The position numbers and the translations under genes were made by a program. A DNA stretch of 61,978 bases from an uncultured virus (IMG/VR IMGVR_UViG_3300020435_000116). Taxonomy: Duplodnaviria > Heunggongvirae > Uroviricota > Caudoviricetes. This document shows positions 47,694 through 56,912 of the stretch, piece by piece. The first letter of the stretch is position 1. Every line of letters begins with the position of its first letter. The notes below the pieces were generated by a model. The model saw only the letters and a program-made list of their open reading frames with translations, had not been told where the DNA came from and did not search any database. The stretch is from positions 62,001 through 123,978 of IMG/VR virus record IMGVR_UViG_3300020435_000116, one strand, 5' to 3'.

Positions 47694-49694
47694 ATGATAA
47701 GTATTTTACAGAGACTTATAGGCCACATTAGTGTGGAAGAAAAGGATGGGGTGATAACGGTCTCCGGGATTAAAACTAGAGCCGTTGTTTCAGATATGAA
47801 GAATATGTGGAATAGTGTTAGAATTCCTAATAATCTTTTTATTAGTCAAGGCGCAGCGGAAGTAAGTCTAGATTCGTTCTTTGCCTATGAGTTTTACAAT
47901 GCTCTTGATATACTATCTGAGCAAAGTAAGACTTATCTGTCAAGGGGTGTTATTCTAAAGATAATGGAATTACTTAAAGAAAACACCTGGCTTGGTAGAG
48001 AGGTGGAGGTGGGTGATGTTGTTAATTACAGACGTCTTAGAAACTTCAATCTTAAACCGCTTGACCATCAAAGTAGCTTCATTGAGAGCTATGCCATCAA
48101 TACCGTTAAGATGGGTCTTAACGGCTACTACTTGGCATCTCCACCTGGGTCGGGTAAGACATTCTCAGGTCTTTTACTCCATGGGTTGTTGGAGTTAGAC
48201 ACGATGATAATAGTCTGTCCTAAAAACGCGATACGTGAGGTATGGTTAGATAACATTGAAAAATACGTTAAGGGTGATAAGGAATGCTGGTTGTCCGATT
48301 CAGGCACACCACCACCCAAAGGTATGGATTACTATATCTGTCACTACGAGGCACTACCCGTCCTGTTAAATAATGTCGACATTTTCAAGCGAAAAGACGT
48401 ATTCATTGACCTTGACGAGAGCCATCATTTCAATGAAGTTACTTCGGCGCGGACGTTGTCCTTTATTGAGTTATGCAGGCAGACTGCATGTCGGCATATA
48501 CTCTGGTCGTCAGGCACGCCATTTAAGGCACTAGCGACGGAGATGGTTAGTTTCTTACGAGCCTGTGATCCCTTGTTTACACCAGAGGTCGAGAAGCGAT
48601 TCAAAGGTATCTTTGGTGTAAGTTCATCAAGAGCTAATGACATACTTGCCAGAAGAATAGGTAAGAGTGTATTCAATGTTGATAAGACTGTAGTCAGAAC
48701 TGATGATCCGATTGAAGAAGATATCAAAGTTCAAGTAAAGGATTCTGATCGTTTTACGTTGGAGCACGTCAAACAGGAAATGTTAGAATTCATTACCGAA
48801 CGACTTGCCTTCTATAAGGAACATTACAACTCGTACCTTCAGGATTTTGAGAAGGTTTTGACTGTGTTTGAACAAACACTTCGGGATGGTGAACGTAGCG
48901 ACTTTAATAATTATCTTCAAAAGATAGACGTATTAAAATCCACCAGTGACTATCGCCCTTTAGCTGAATTGATAAGGGACGTCAACGCTTACGAAGATAG
49001 TGTTATATATCCTAGATTATCTGCTGAAAATCGTAAAGAATTTAAACGGGTGAAAGGGGTGGTGAAGTATGTGGAGTTGGTAATTCGTGGTGAGGCGCTA
49101 GGTCGGGTTTTAGGTAGAAGACGTATAGAGTGTTTTAAAGAGATTGCCAAGGTTGTTGACTACGATGGTATAATTAAAGCAAGTAAGAAGAAAGTACTTA
49201 TCTTTTCTAGTTTTGTCGAAGTCGTAGATATTGCTGTCGAACATTTAAAGCCGACTTATAAACCCGCTATCGTATACGGTGATACCAACAAGAACATTGT
49301 TAACATCATGGAAAGGTTTGACAATGACTCTAAAGTCAATCCCCTGGTAGCTACACTTAAATCCCTATCCACCGCCATCCCAGTCATCAGTGCTAATACG
49401 GTGGTGTTTCTTAACAATCCATTTAGAGATTATGAGAAAAATCAAGCAGTGAGTCGGGTTGATCGTCTTGGGCAGGATACGCAAACTTACGTTATCAATA
49501 TTCTTTTAGATACGGGTGATAAGCAAAATTTAAGTACACGTAATCTTGACATAATGAAATGGTCAAAAGCGGAAGTAGACCGTCTCATGGGTGAAACTTT
49601 AGAAGTTAATATGGAATCATTAACTGAGGGTGATGTCGTCCCACTCGTAGCATCGAGTAGCAAGGATAGTGGTACTGCATCGTTAAGTTGGTAA
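47694..49694 (+). CDS. SF2 (SNF2/DEAD-like) helicase, possibly virion-packaged
   Basis: PPGSGKT, DESH, SGTP and QAVSRVDRLGQ motifs. Confidence 0.88.
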   Translation: MISILQRLIGHISVEEKDGVITVSGIKTRAVVSDMKNMWNSVRIPNNLFISQGAAEVSLDSFFAYEFYNALDILSEQSKTYLSRGVILKIMELLKENTWLGREVEVGDVVNYRRLRNFNLKPLDHQSSFIESYAINTVKMGLNGYYLASPPGSGKTFSGLLLHGLLELDTMIIVCPKNAIREVWLDNIEKYVKGDKECWLSDSGTPPPKGMDYYICHYEALPVLLNNVDIFKRKDVFIDLDESHHFNEVTSARTLSFIELCRQTACRHILWSSGTPFKALATEMVSFLRACDPLFTPEVEKRFKGIFGVSSSRANDILARRIGKSVFNVDKTVVRTDDPIEEDIKVQVKDSDRFTLEHVKQEMLEFITERLAFYKEHYNSYLQDFEKVLTVFEQTLRDGERSDFNNYLQKIDVLKSTSDYRPLAELIRDVNAYEDSVIYPRLSAENRKEFKRVKGVVKYVELVIRGEALGRVLGRRRIECFKEIAKVVDYDGIIKASKKKVLIFSSFVEVVDIAVEHLKPTYKPAIVYGDTNKNIVNIMERFDNDSKVNPLVATLKSLSTAIPVISANTVVFLNNPFRDYEKNQAVSRVDRLGQDTQTYVINILLDTGDKQNLSTRNLDIMKWSKAEVDRLMGETLEVNMESLTEGDVVPLVASSSKDSGTASLSW

Positions 49695-49707
49695 TTGGAA
49701 TAGATAA

Positions 49708-50013
49708 ATGAAAATTAAACTCGATTATGAGTTAAAGGGTGCTAAAGAAGTACGCACCCACCGTCAGTTTTTTGAAAAAGATGAACTAGTAACCGACCCT
49801 ATAGGTAAACTAAGTTCCATGATAGAGCTACACGTAAAACGCTGGATTGTTATACGTGATCAGTTCTATATAAGTGCCTTAATTAAAGAGTTGTTAACAG
49901 AAGACCCTATTACCTTAGGAACGATGTTAAGAACACCTGAATTAAAGTGGATACGTCAGATACCTAGCCATAGGCCGGGTATCTATGTTGAATTAACATT
50001 AGAATTATTATAA
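49708..50013 (+). CDS. Hypothetical protein
   Basis: 101-aa ORF. Confidence 0.7.
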   Translation: MKIKLDYELKGAKEVRTHRQFFEKDELVTDPIGKLSSMIELHVKRWIVIRDQFYISALIKELLTEDPITLGTMLRTPELKWIRQIPSHRPGIYVELTLELL

Positions 50014-50026
50014 CGAGGAAACACAC

Positions 50027-50437
50027 ATGCCGCGTATTAGTGAAGAAGCGCAACGTAAAATTAAAAACCTTATTAATCGTTTTAAATATAAATACGACTC
50101 TAAGGTTGACAGTTGGCGTATATTAGAGATGGATGAAACCGGACACTATCGTGGTGACTGTGATGATTTTGCAGTTACTGTATGGTGGTACATCTGTGGG
50201 GAGAGCTACTGGAAGTTCTGGACAGGTATATTGTTGTTTAAAGCTAAGTTCTGGCGTTGTTTGACCGAGAAAGATTACATTGGTCATTTAGTGTTAGAAT
50301 ACGATGGCGAGGCCATTGACAATATTTATTTGAAATGGCTGAAGAAAGACGAGATGTCTCATCACTTCAGTGGCTATCTAATTAACAACATCCTGATGGT
50401 TGCCATTAAGATGCTGTTAGGTAAGATATTTAAATAA
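50027..50437 (+). CDS. Transglutaminase-like cysteine peptidase (BTLCP/LapG-like)
   Basis: GDCDDFA, GHLVL and IDN motifs. Confidence 0.7.
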   Translation: MPRISEEAQRKIKNLINRFKYKYDSKVDSWRILEMDETGHYRGDCDDFAVTVWWYICGESYWKFWTGILLFKAKFWRCLTEKDYIGHLVLEYDGEAIDNIYLKWLKKDEMSHHFSGYLINNILMVAIKMLLGKIFK

Positions 50438-50496
50438 AAAAAGAAAGCGCATAACGAGGAAGAGCTAGCGCTACGCTAGCTCTTCCTCTATGCCGT
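50436..50496. terminator. Bidirectional terminator with TATGCCGT tail
   Basis: GAGGAAGAGCTAGCG/CGCTAGCTCTTCCTC 15-bp stem between convergent genes. Confidence 0.88.
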
Positions 50497-51320
50497 CAAG
50501 ACGTTGTTGTATTAAACTCTTTTACAAATACCTGACCTTCTATGACATATTCTAGTCTAAATGAATTAGTATTGATATTTCCTTTCGCATCTATATCTGC
50601 ATAGGTGAATAACACCGCCATACCGTGCGCCTTAACAGAAGCTAAATTAGATTTATATATGTAGTCAGACTGCCACGACACCATCTCCTCCATACTTGCA
50701 TGTACTTTATTAGTTTTATGGTTAGGGTAAACAATCAATTCTCTTCTATAAACCTTGATTCCATTAGTAAACTCAACATCTACTATATAACCATCCTGAT
50801 AGGTCGTGATTGAATTTATCCCACGTGGACGCAATGGGTGGTTATCGCTGATTCGTTCTTTAGTAGATAACTTAAAGCTTTGTGACGTAAAGCCATCATG
50901 ATTTAATCGCTTATATACTCTAACGCTATCTACTGTTTCTAAAGTAGGAAACGGTTGGTTGTTTAGCGCCACCAACCCGTCTTTAAGCAACATACATTCG
51001 GAATAAGAGTCACTTATAATTAGTTTTCTATACCTTACTTCATTACCCGACATGTAAAGTACAGTAACTAGATCATCTAACTGCATGACATCGTAAATTT
51101 TATCAGGTATAGCAATACCTTCTACCTGGGAGATAGCGGCTACCTCATTTACTTTTATAACCGTATAGAGGCCGTTATAGTTATCAATGGTAAATAATGA
51201 ATTAAAGGGTACGGTTTCTATTTTGCAAACGTCACTGTCTATCATCATTACACAGATGTCTTCACCTGGGAACGGTTCAGGATCTGAAACCTGCTCACCA
51301 TTAACAAGATGATACAACAT
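50496..51320 (-). CDS. Hypothetical protein
   Basis: Start moved to ATG 51320 behind AAGGAG; beta-rich composition. Confidence 0.75.
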   Translation of the reverse strand: MLYHLVNGEQVSDPEPFPGEDICVMMIDSDVCKIETVPFNSLFTIDNYNGLYTVIKVNEVAAISQVEGIAIPDKIYDVMQLDDLVTVLYMSGNEVRYRKLIISDSYSECMLLKDGLVALNNQPFPTLETVDSVRVYKRLNHDGFTSQSFKLSTKERISDNHPLRPRGINSITTYQDGYIVDVEFTNGIKVYRRELIVYPNHKTNKVHASMEEMVSWQSDYIYKSNLASVKAHGMAVLFTYADIDAKGNINTNSFRLEYVIEGQVFVKEFNTTTS

Positions 51321-51340
51321 AAAAAACTCCTTATAGGTCA

Positions 51341-51370
51341 TAGGCTCACCCCCAAAAGGAGGCGAGCCTA
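51341..51370 (-). terminator. Hairpin terminator
   Basis: TAGGCTC/GAGCCTA outer stem, running into TATGACC on the minus strand. Confidence 0.6.
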
Positions 51371-51377
51371 GATACGT

Positions 51378-51482
51378 CTACTTTAACTTTCTAAGTCTAC
51401 GGTTAAGCATGGCTAGCACCTTGGGACTTAATTGTTTTGAGGTTGTCTTATAGGGACGATTACTACTACCTGTTGTTGGCAT
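51378..51482 (-). CDS. 34-aa basic peptide
   Basis: MPTTGSSNRPYKTTSKQLSPKVLAMLNRRLRKLK with RBS AAGGAG overlapping the helicase stop. Confidence 0.6.
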   Translation of the reverse strand: MPTTGSSNRPYKTTSKQLSPKVLAMLNRRLRKLK

Positions 51483-51491
51483 GATCTCTCC

Positions 51492-54053
51492 TTATAGCAC
51501 ATACGCAGTTTGCAGCGTACGGTGAGTTTTAACTTTATCTGAGAAAGTAGCAAGTTTTCTTTCATGGTACTTAACATGAGAATCTATATCTTCGCAAACT
51601 AAGTAAAAGAAACGTGGTACGTTATCTTTAAAGCCTCTTAGCTTTCTCAAACGACCCAGTATCTGCGCGTTTAATTGACGTGAGCCAATTGCAGATGTCA
51701 GTAAGGTAACTTTAAGCCCTTTGATATCTACCGCAGTGCCTGCAGACTTAGGTGTAGTAATGATTACATCAGATTCATAAAGATACTCATCTGGATCCTC
51801 ACCCACAAACCTATTGACAGTTAAGTCAGTCAAACGTGGCTTTATAAACGATGTTAGATAGGTACACATCTCTATGGTATCAGCAAAGATCATCATCTTT
51901 TGCCCCGGCTCACGGATACTGATGTATTCATTAAGCACGATATCATAGATCATTTCAGCGTAAGCTTCACTACGAAACTTCTTCTTCAATATAGACGCCT
52001 CAAAGAGCATCTGAGAGTACATCTTACGTCGCTTATGCGATAGTAGCTCTACCTTGTTACAACGGTATGTGAGGGCTGTACAGGCGATATATTTGCCATC
52101 ATAATCCGGTGTTATACGTTCGCCAACAGGATAGGCAACTTCTAACATTGAATTAATGAAAGCATTATCAGAAACTAACGTCGCCGACATGTAAATCGTC
52201 TTAGCCACATGACCGTACAGATCCTGCGTAAAGTTGAGATGGAAGTTCTCATGTACTTCATCTATTACGCGTAGTCCTGTTTTAGTAACCGTGTACAATT
52301 CATCGGGGTCGCAGTTATACCCTTCTTCCTCCAGCTTTCCTTCCTCATACGCCTTGTAGAAGTTGTACATGGTAGTCGCTGATATAATGATAAAATCATA
52401 TTCCAAGGCATCTGCTAATCCTAAATCGATAAGCGTCCGCATGGCTTTAGATCCTTTCACCACACACAGTTTTTCCCTAGGTACATTTAATGTCTTAGTG
52501 ATATCACCAATCCATTTACCTTCGGTGATGTACTTAGCAGGAACAACCAAGATGGTTCTTTTCTTTATCATCCATGTGGAATATAAAGACATCATGGTGT
52601 TGTGTGTAACCACAAAATCATCAGTCACATAAAGATGATCTTTGTGTGTAACCGATATACACTGTGCTTCAGCCATTCGGGATGGTTCTACACTTACAAC
52701 CTTTAACTTCAATCCTTTAGAATACTGATTATCATCATTAGCCCTTTCGAGCTTATGTGGTACAGTAAAGAGTGAAGATGGTTTAGGATGGCGAATGTTA
52801 ACCCTGAAGCTAGGCTGTCCAGGTTTCTTTTCTCCCTTGTAGGTGTAGTAGGTTTGACGTTTAGATATTTTTGCAATACCTCCTAGACTTCTGACTAAGT
52901 ATTGAACGTCTTTGGCTAGTTGTTCAGATACGCTTGAGTAGTCCATGGATGAATTGACATCAATACCTCCATCGGTATCCATCAGACCCTGAAGTAACGC
53001 GTAACGCTGCTCTACGGAAGCTTCTAAATAAATCTTAGGGATGAATTTATCAGCGGAACGACAACCCCATAGTCCTAAGTGCTTGAAGTAATCTCTAAAC
53101 ACATGACTATTTCCAAAACCAATAGTTCGCCCGTTAGCACCACAACTTAATGTAACGTGTTCTGGTAACAGAGTTGACAGCTTATGGAAGACATCCACGT
53201 AGGTAGTGGTGAATGTGGGAGTCGTGGTAGTAAAGCAACCGTCACCCAACATAGCGCCGAGGGTCCATGGGTGAATGGGTAGTTCTTTGTACTTACCTTG
53301 TTCAGGTTGAATTAGCGGTATATACACTCTAGGTTGTGAGCGTTTAAGTTCACGCATCATTTCAAAGGTATCACCTATACGCCACCGCTTATCGACATCA
53401 TGGTAGTTAGCAATAAACATCTTCCAAAGATGCTCACCTCCAACTTCAGTTGACCGACCATCTGCAAACGTAACCTTATAAATCTGCATTTTCCCTTGAG
53501 GGAATACGCCATTTACAAAAGTGTCGTGTCCGTCAGGTGCTGTGATCTTATCTCCTACCTGTATATCTCCCATTCGTTTCCAACCACCAGGTATCTTAAT
53601 TAGACTGTCTAATGGTTGCATCTTACCACTACCCGTTGGCGCATTGGTTATCTTACTTACACCCGGTGTAAGGAAATGGTCAATAACTGGCAATTGGTAC
53701 TCGTAAGGTTGAATGTCGTCATCTATTACAAAACTAGTAACATCATCACCTTCTACCGGAGTAAAATGCTCAATTAATAATTGTTCGGTTTTGATTCCCT
53801 TTACGTTAAGGTGTGTAAGTATATCTTTATACTGGTTAATATGGAAACGCAACTCTCTACGATCATGCGGTGATGCGGCAAAGACACGCTTAGGTATCTT
53901 ATAGTAACTGTGGGTACGAGGATCGTACCCTTGGTCATAATCGATTAACCGCTCGCAATAATCATAGAGGGCGCGTTTACACTCTGGCATCATGGTGTGG
54001 AACCGTACATGGTGACTTTTTACATCCACATGTGCGTAATACTGAGTTGGCAC
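51492..54053 (-). CDS. SF2 (UvsW-like) helicase (phiKZ gp75-like) containing an intein
   Basis: Walker A APTGSGK|T split by the intein; DEVH, SAT and QILGRLR motifs; about 512 aa after splicing. Confidence 0.9.
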   Translation of the reverse strand: MPTQYYAHVDVKSHHVRFHTMMPECKRALYDYCERLIDYDQGYDPRTHSYYKIPKRVFAASPHDRRELRFHINQYKDILTHLNVKGIKTEQLLIEHFTPVEGDDVTSFVIDDDIQPYEYQLPVIDHFLTPGVSKITNAPTGSGKMQPLDSLIKIPGGWKRMGDIQVGDKITAPDGHDTFVNGVFPQGKMQIYKVTFADGRSTEVGGEHLWKMFIANYHDVDKRWRIGDTFEMMRELKRSQPRVYIPLIQPEQGKYKELPIHPWTLGAMLGDGCFTTTTPTFTTTYVDVFHKLSTLLPEHVTLSCGANGRTIGFGNSHVFRDYFKHLGLWGCRSADKFIPKIYLEASVEQRYALLQGLMDTDGGIDVNSSMDYSSVSEQLAKDVQYLVRSLGGIAKISKRQTYYTYKGEKKPGQPSFRVNIRHPKPSSLFTVPHKLERANDDNQYSKGLKLKVVSVEPSRMAEAQCISVTHKDHLYVTDDFVVTHNTMMSLYSTWMIKKRTILVVPAKYITEGKWIGDITKTLNVPREKLCVVKGSKAMRTLIDLGLADALEYDFIIISATTMYNFYKAYEEGKLEEEGYNCDPDELYTVTKTGLRVIDEVHENFHLNFTQDLYGHVAKTIYMSATLVSDNAFINSMLEVAYPVGERITPDYDGKYIACTALTYRCNKVELLSHKRRKMYSQMLFEASILKKKFRSEAYAEMIYDIVLNEYISIREPGQKMMIFADTIEMCTYLTSFIKPRLTDLTVNRFVGEDPDEYLYESDVIITTPKSAGTAVDIKGLKVTLLTSAIGSRQLNAQILGRLRKLRGFKDNVPRFFYLVCEDIDSHVKYHERKLATFSDKVKTHRTLQTAYVL
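52599..53621 (-). mobile_element. Class 3 intein with LAGLIDADG homing endonuclease (341 aa)
   Basis: MQPLDS...EHLW...LGAMLGDG...LLQGLMDTDG...AQCISV...VVTHN/T. Confidence 0.92.
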
Positions 54054-54072
54054 GATGCCCTCCTTTATTGTT

Positions 54073-56049
54073 TTATTTACCCATGAACACCGTATCCATT
54101 GGATGCTTAGGTCGATTAGTCAGAGCAAACGACGTTGGTGATATCATCATCTGCGCCTGGTTCATCCATGCAGCCTGGCCTGTTAACGATCTAAGTTCCA
54201 TATTCTGCTTATACGTTCCAAAGACCTTTTGATCTTGAGGACGCGGCAGACGGTGATCCATACGATCAGGGTCGCGTGCTAAAATTGACAGGATGATAAT
54301 TTCCAGATGCACCACGTTAACACCCAACTTCTCAGACACCAACACATGCAAGTCCATCAAAGCCTGTGACACTGAATCACAATTAACGATACGGCTACGC
54401 TTATCGTCTTTAGGCTTCTTCGTTGTACGGCTAGACATGCTTGCACTCTTATCTTCCTGAGAACTTGATGACTCAATGAACGTCTTAATAACGTCCATGT
54501 ACTCCAACATGTTCATGTGTTTCATTGGAAGAATAAATGCAGGCTCATTGAAGTCCCAATGGCTGAGGTCACATACGTAGAACCCTTTCTCGTTTAGAGA
54601 CCAACCATGTTCTTTTAGGTAGTTTAACATTGCACCTGATAATGAAGAATAGTTCTTACCTGATGACACAGACAATAACACATCTTCAAACTCATCTCCA
54701 CGATACCCATTAAGTACAATATCACGACACGATGAAATACGGCTCGATGATAAATCAGTAATATCTTCGATTGTGTTGATATCGCCAATATGTTTAACAT
54801 CGTTGTGGTTAAGCACCAGCTCCATACGGTCGTAACGGTCTTGATCTCTAATGAATACCTTATCACCTTTAGCATTGAGGCGCAGATAACGACGATGGTG
54901 ATCATCTAGACTAATCTCAATGGCAACGGAGCTTACCTCTAAGTGTTTAATAGAGAGTACGCTTTGCGAGATAACCGCACATAGTTCTACCGCCGCTACG
55001 TGACCTAGATTAGCACCTGGTGGAACAGATGCCGCCACCGTACCCATACACTTACTACATATACCGTAAGGGTCTGGATGCTCACACGCCAGCGGTGAAC
55101 GCAGTTTAATCGTCTCGCCGATCAGATGATCTTCATTACCCATGAATACTTTTAGCTCGTTGTCACTGTCGTAGTAATACTTACCTACCAACACCTTGAC
55201 ACTTTGCGGCAATACACGGAACTTCACGGTACGCGTTGTTCCACAATCCCCTTTATGAAGATTTTGTATTATCGCACAACCCAACTGCATACGGCGGTTA
55301 TAATACTGCGTGGTCTGTAGTGGATCTTTCTGTGCTAACGATGCTTTGGAGCCTGAACGTGATTCAATCATCGAATCATGTAGCGTATTCATCCCTTCTG
55401 TGTAGCTAGTTGGGATTGGGTTAGGTGGGATATGACTATCAATATCTGTTACAAACCCACGTGCAGCGACCGACTGAACAATCTGACCTACACTTAAGAC
55501 GTTAGAATGACAGAACCCAGCAACGTTGTTGTTAGGTAGTTCTTCTTCTTTCTTATACAGTAGATCTTTAATCTGTTCATAGCCACGCTCAATAGCCCGT
55601 TCGTTGGGTCTAAATTCATCCCTAACCTTTGCGGTTATTGGGTGGTTGTGTATCTCAATGTAATCTAAAATACTTACCGTTGATACAAACCCAGCTAATT
55701 GATTAGTCGCATCGTTGTAGAGCTTATTAGTAATCTCATAAGCAATACGACTGAGTAGCATGATGTCAACTACTTCATTCAACGCATAATACGTATCGAA
55801 CAACACATTACTTAAGATTTCCTCATGAAGCTTAGGGGTGTAATGACCATTGCCGACATGATGGCGCTTGAGTATAGTTGCATTTGGGAAATGACGTTGC
55901 ATCTCCCAGTAGTAATGACTTAGAATGGTAGGACGGGTAGAGGTAACTAATTCACCATCGTCAAAGATAATAGTAAATACTTCGTCGCCCATCGCCCACA
56001 TTTCTTCAGAGCTAAGCTTTTGTAATTCTCTTACATTAAACTTTCTCAT
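54073..56049 (-). CDS. Non-virion RNA polymerase beta' subunit, C-terminal part (phiKZ gp74-like)
   Basis: RGFVTDI, ESRSG..A, Y.NRRMQL, Zn site DCGT...RSPLAC...CSKC, SQSVLSIKH trigger loop. Confidence 0.9.
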   Translation of the reverse strand: MRKFNVRELQKLSSEEMWAMGDEVFTIIFDDGELVTSTRPTILSHYYWEMQRHFPNATILKRHHVGNGHYTPKLHEEILSNVLFDTYYALNEVVDIMLLSRIAYEITNKLYNDATNQLAGFVSTVSILDYIEIHNHPITAKVRDEFRPNERAIERGYEQIKDLLYKKEEELPNNNVAGFCHSNVLSVGQIVQSVAARGFVTDIDSHIPPNPIPTSYTEGMNTLHDSMIESRSGSKASLAQKDPLQTTQYYNRRMQLGCAIIQNLHKGDCGTTRTVKFRVLPQSVKVLVGKYYYDSDNELKVFMGNEDHLIGETIKLRSPLACEHPDPYGICSKCMGTVAASVPPGANLGHVAAVELCAVISQSVLSIKHLEVSSVAIEISLDDHHRRYLRLNAKGDKVFIRDQDRYDRMELVLNHNDVKHIGDINTIEDITDLSSSRISSCRDIVLNGYRGDEFEDVLLSVSSGKNYSSLSGAMLNYLKEHGWSLNEKGFYVCDLSHWDFNEPAFILPMKHMNMLEYMDVIKTFIESSSSQEDKSASMSSRTTKKPKDDKRSRIVNCDSVSQALMDLHVLVSEKLGVNVVHLEIIILSILARDPDRMDHRLPRPQDQKVFGTYKQNMELRSLTGQAAWMNQAQMMISPTSFALTNRPKHPMDTVFMGK

Positions 56050-56912
56050 GATCGTACGTCCCTCTTACAAATTTAACACCTGCGCAACTTAATAAGTGTT
56101 TAACGTATACCAATGGTCGCGCGTTATCCATTGGGAATTTGCGACGATTAACGTTACTTTCAACATTGCTTGGTTTATCGGAGTTTAATATTGAACGAAT
56201 AATAGCTTTCTGTGTGGTTGGGGATGCAGAGCGATCTAATAGATCAGCCGTTACGTCAGATCCTAGAGCAGCATTAAGTAGTCTAACTTCATCCTCACCC
56301 ATGATACGCACAGGTAGTTCACGGTTAGGTGAACCATAACGATCGCTCTTAGATGCTTTAGCAGGTAAACCATGATGCTGTAGTTTAGCGGTAGATACAG
56401 ATGACCAGTTATCTGGTGCTGCTTCTAATAACATCATGTACTTAGACCCTATTAATACAGGATCAATTGTAGTTACCTGGTTAACACCATCGGGCGAATA
56501 AGTAACCGGCTGTATATCCACTGGAAACTTAGTGCGGAGGTCTTGGATTAATTTAGGTCCAATGTGTATGCTATCTACAGGAAGGTAGAGATAAATACCC
56601 TCAGCAGCAATGATGTCTAAATGCGTAGCTATCCGGCGATCGTTGTTTAACACCTCGTTGATAGTTTGAATCATTGGCGGTGATACCACACTGTAGTACT
56701 CTTTCAAATACTCCCACGCTTGCTGGTGCTCGCCATTACCCATCAGATCTCTAACTACACATGTCACCATATGGCTAGTTGCATTAACATATTGCTCGTA
56801 AAGCTGAGACAAGTTAATACGCTTAACCGGCGAGATAGGATCCATGATAACATCTGCACGTAAACCATTTTGACCCACAGGCATTTGACTATCTGACCAC
56901 ACTTCTACGACT
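56036..56912 (-). CDS. Non-virion RNAP beta subunit (C-terminal half), exon 2 (phiKZ gp73-like)
   Basis: MP...G.RADVIMDP.S..KRIN..Q..E and VRIMGEDE motifs; joins exon 1 in frame as KGV-VVEVW. Confidence 0.88.
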
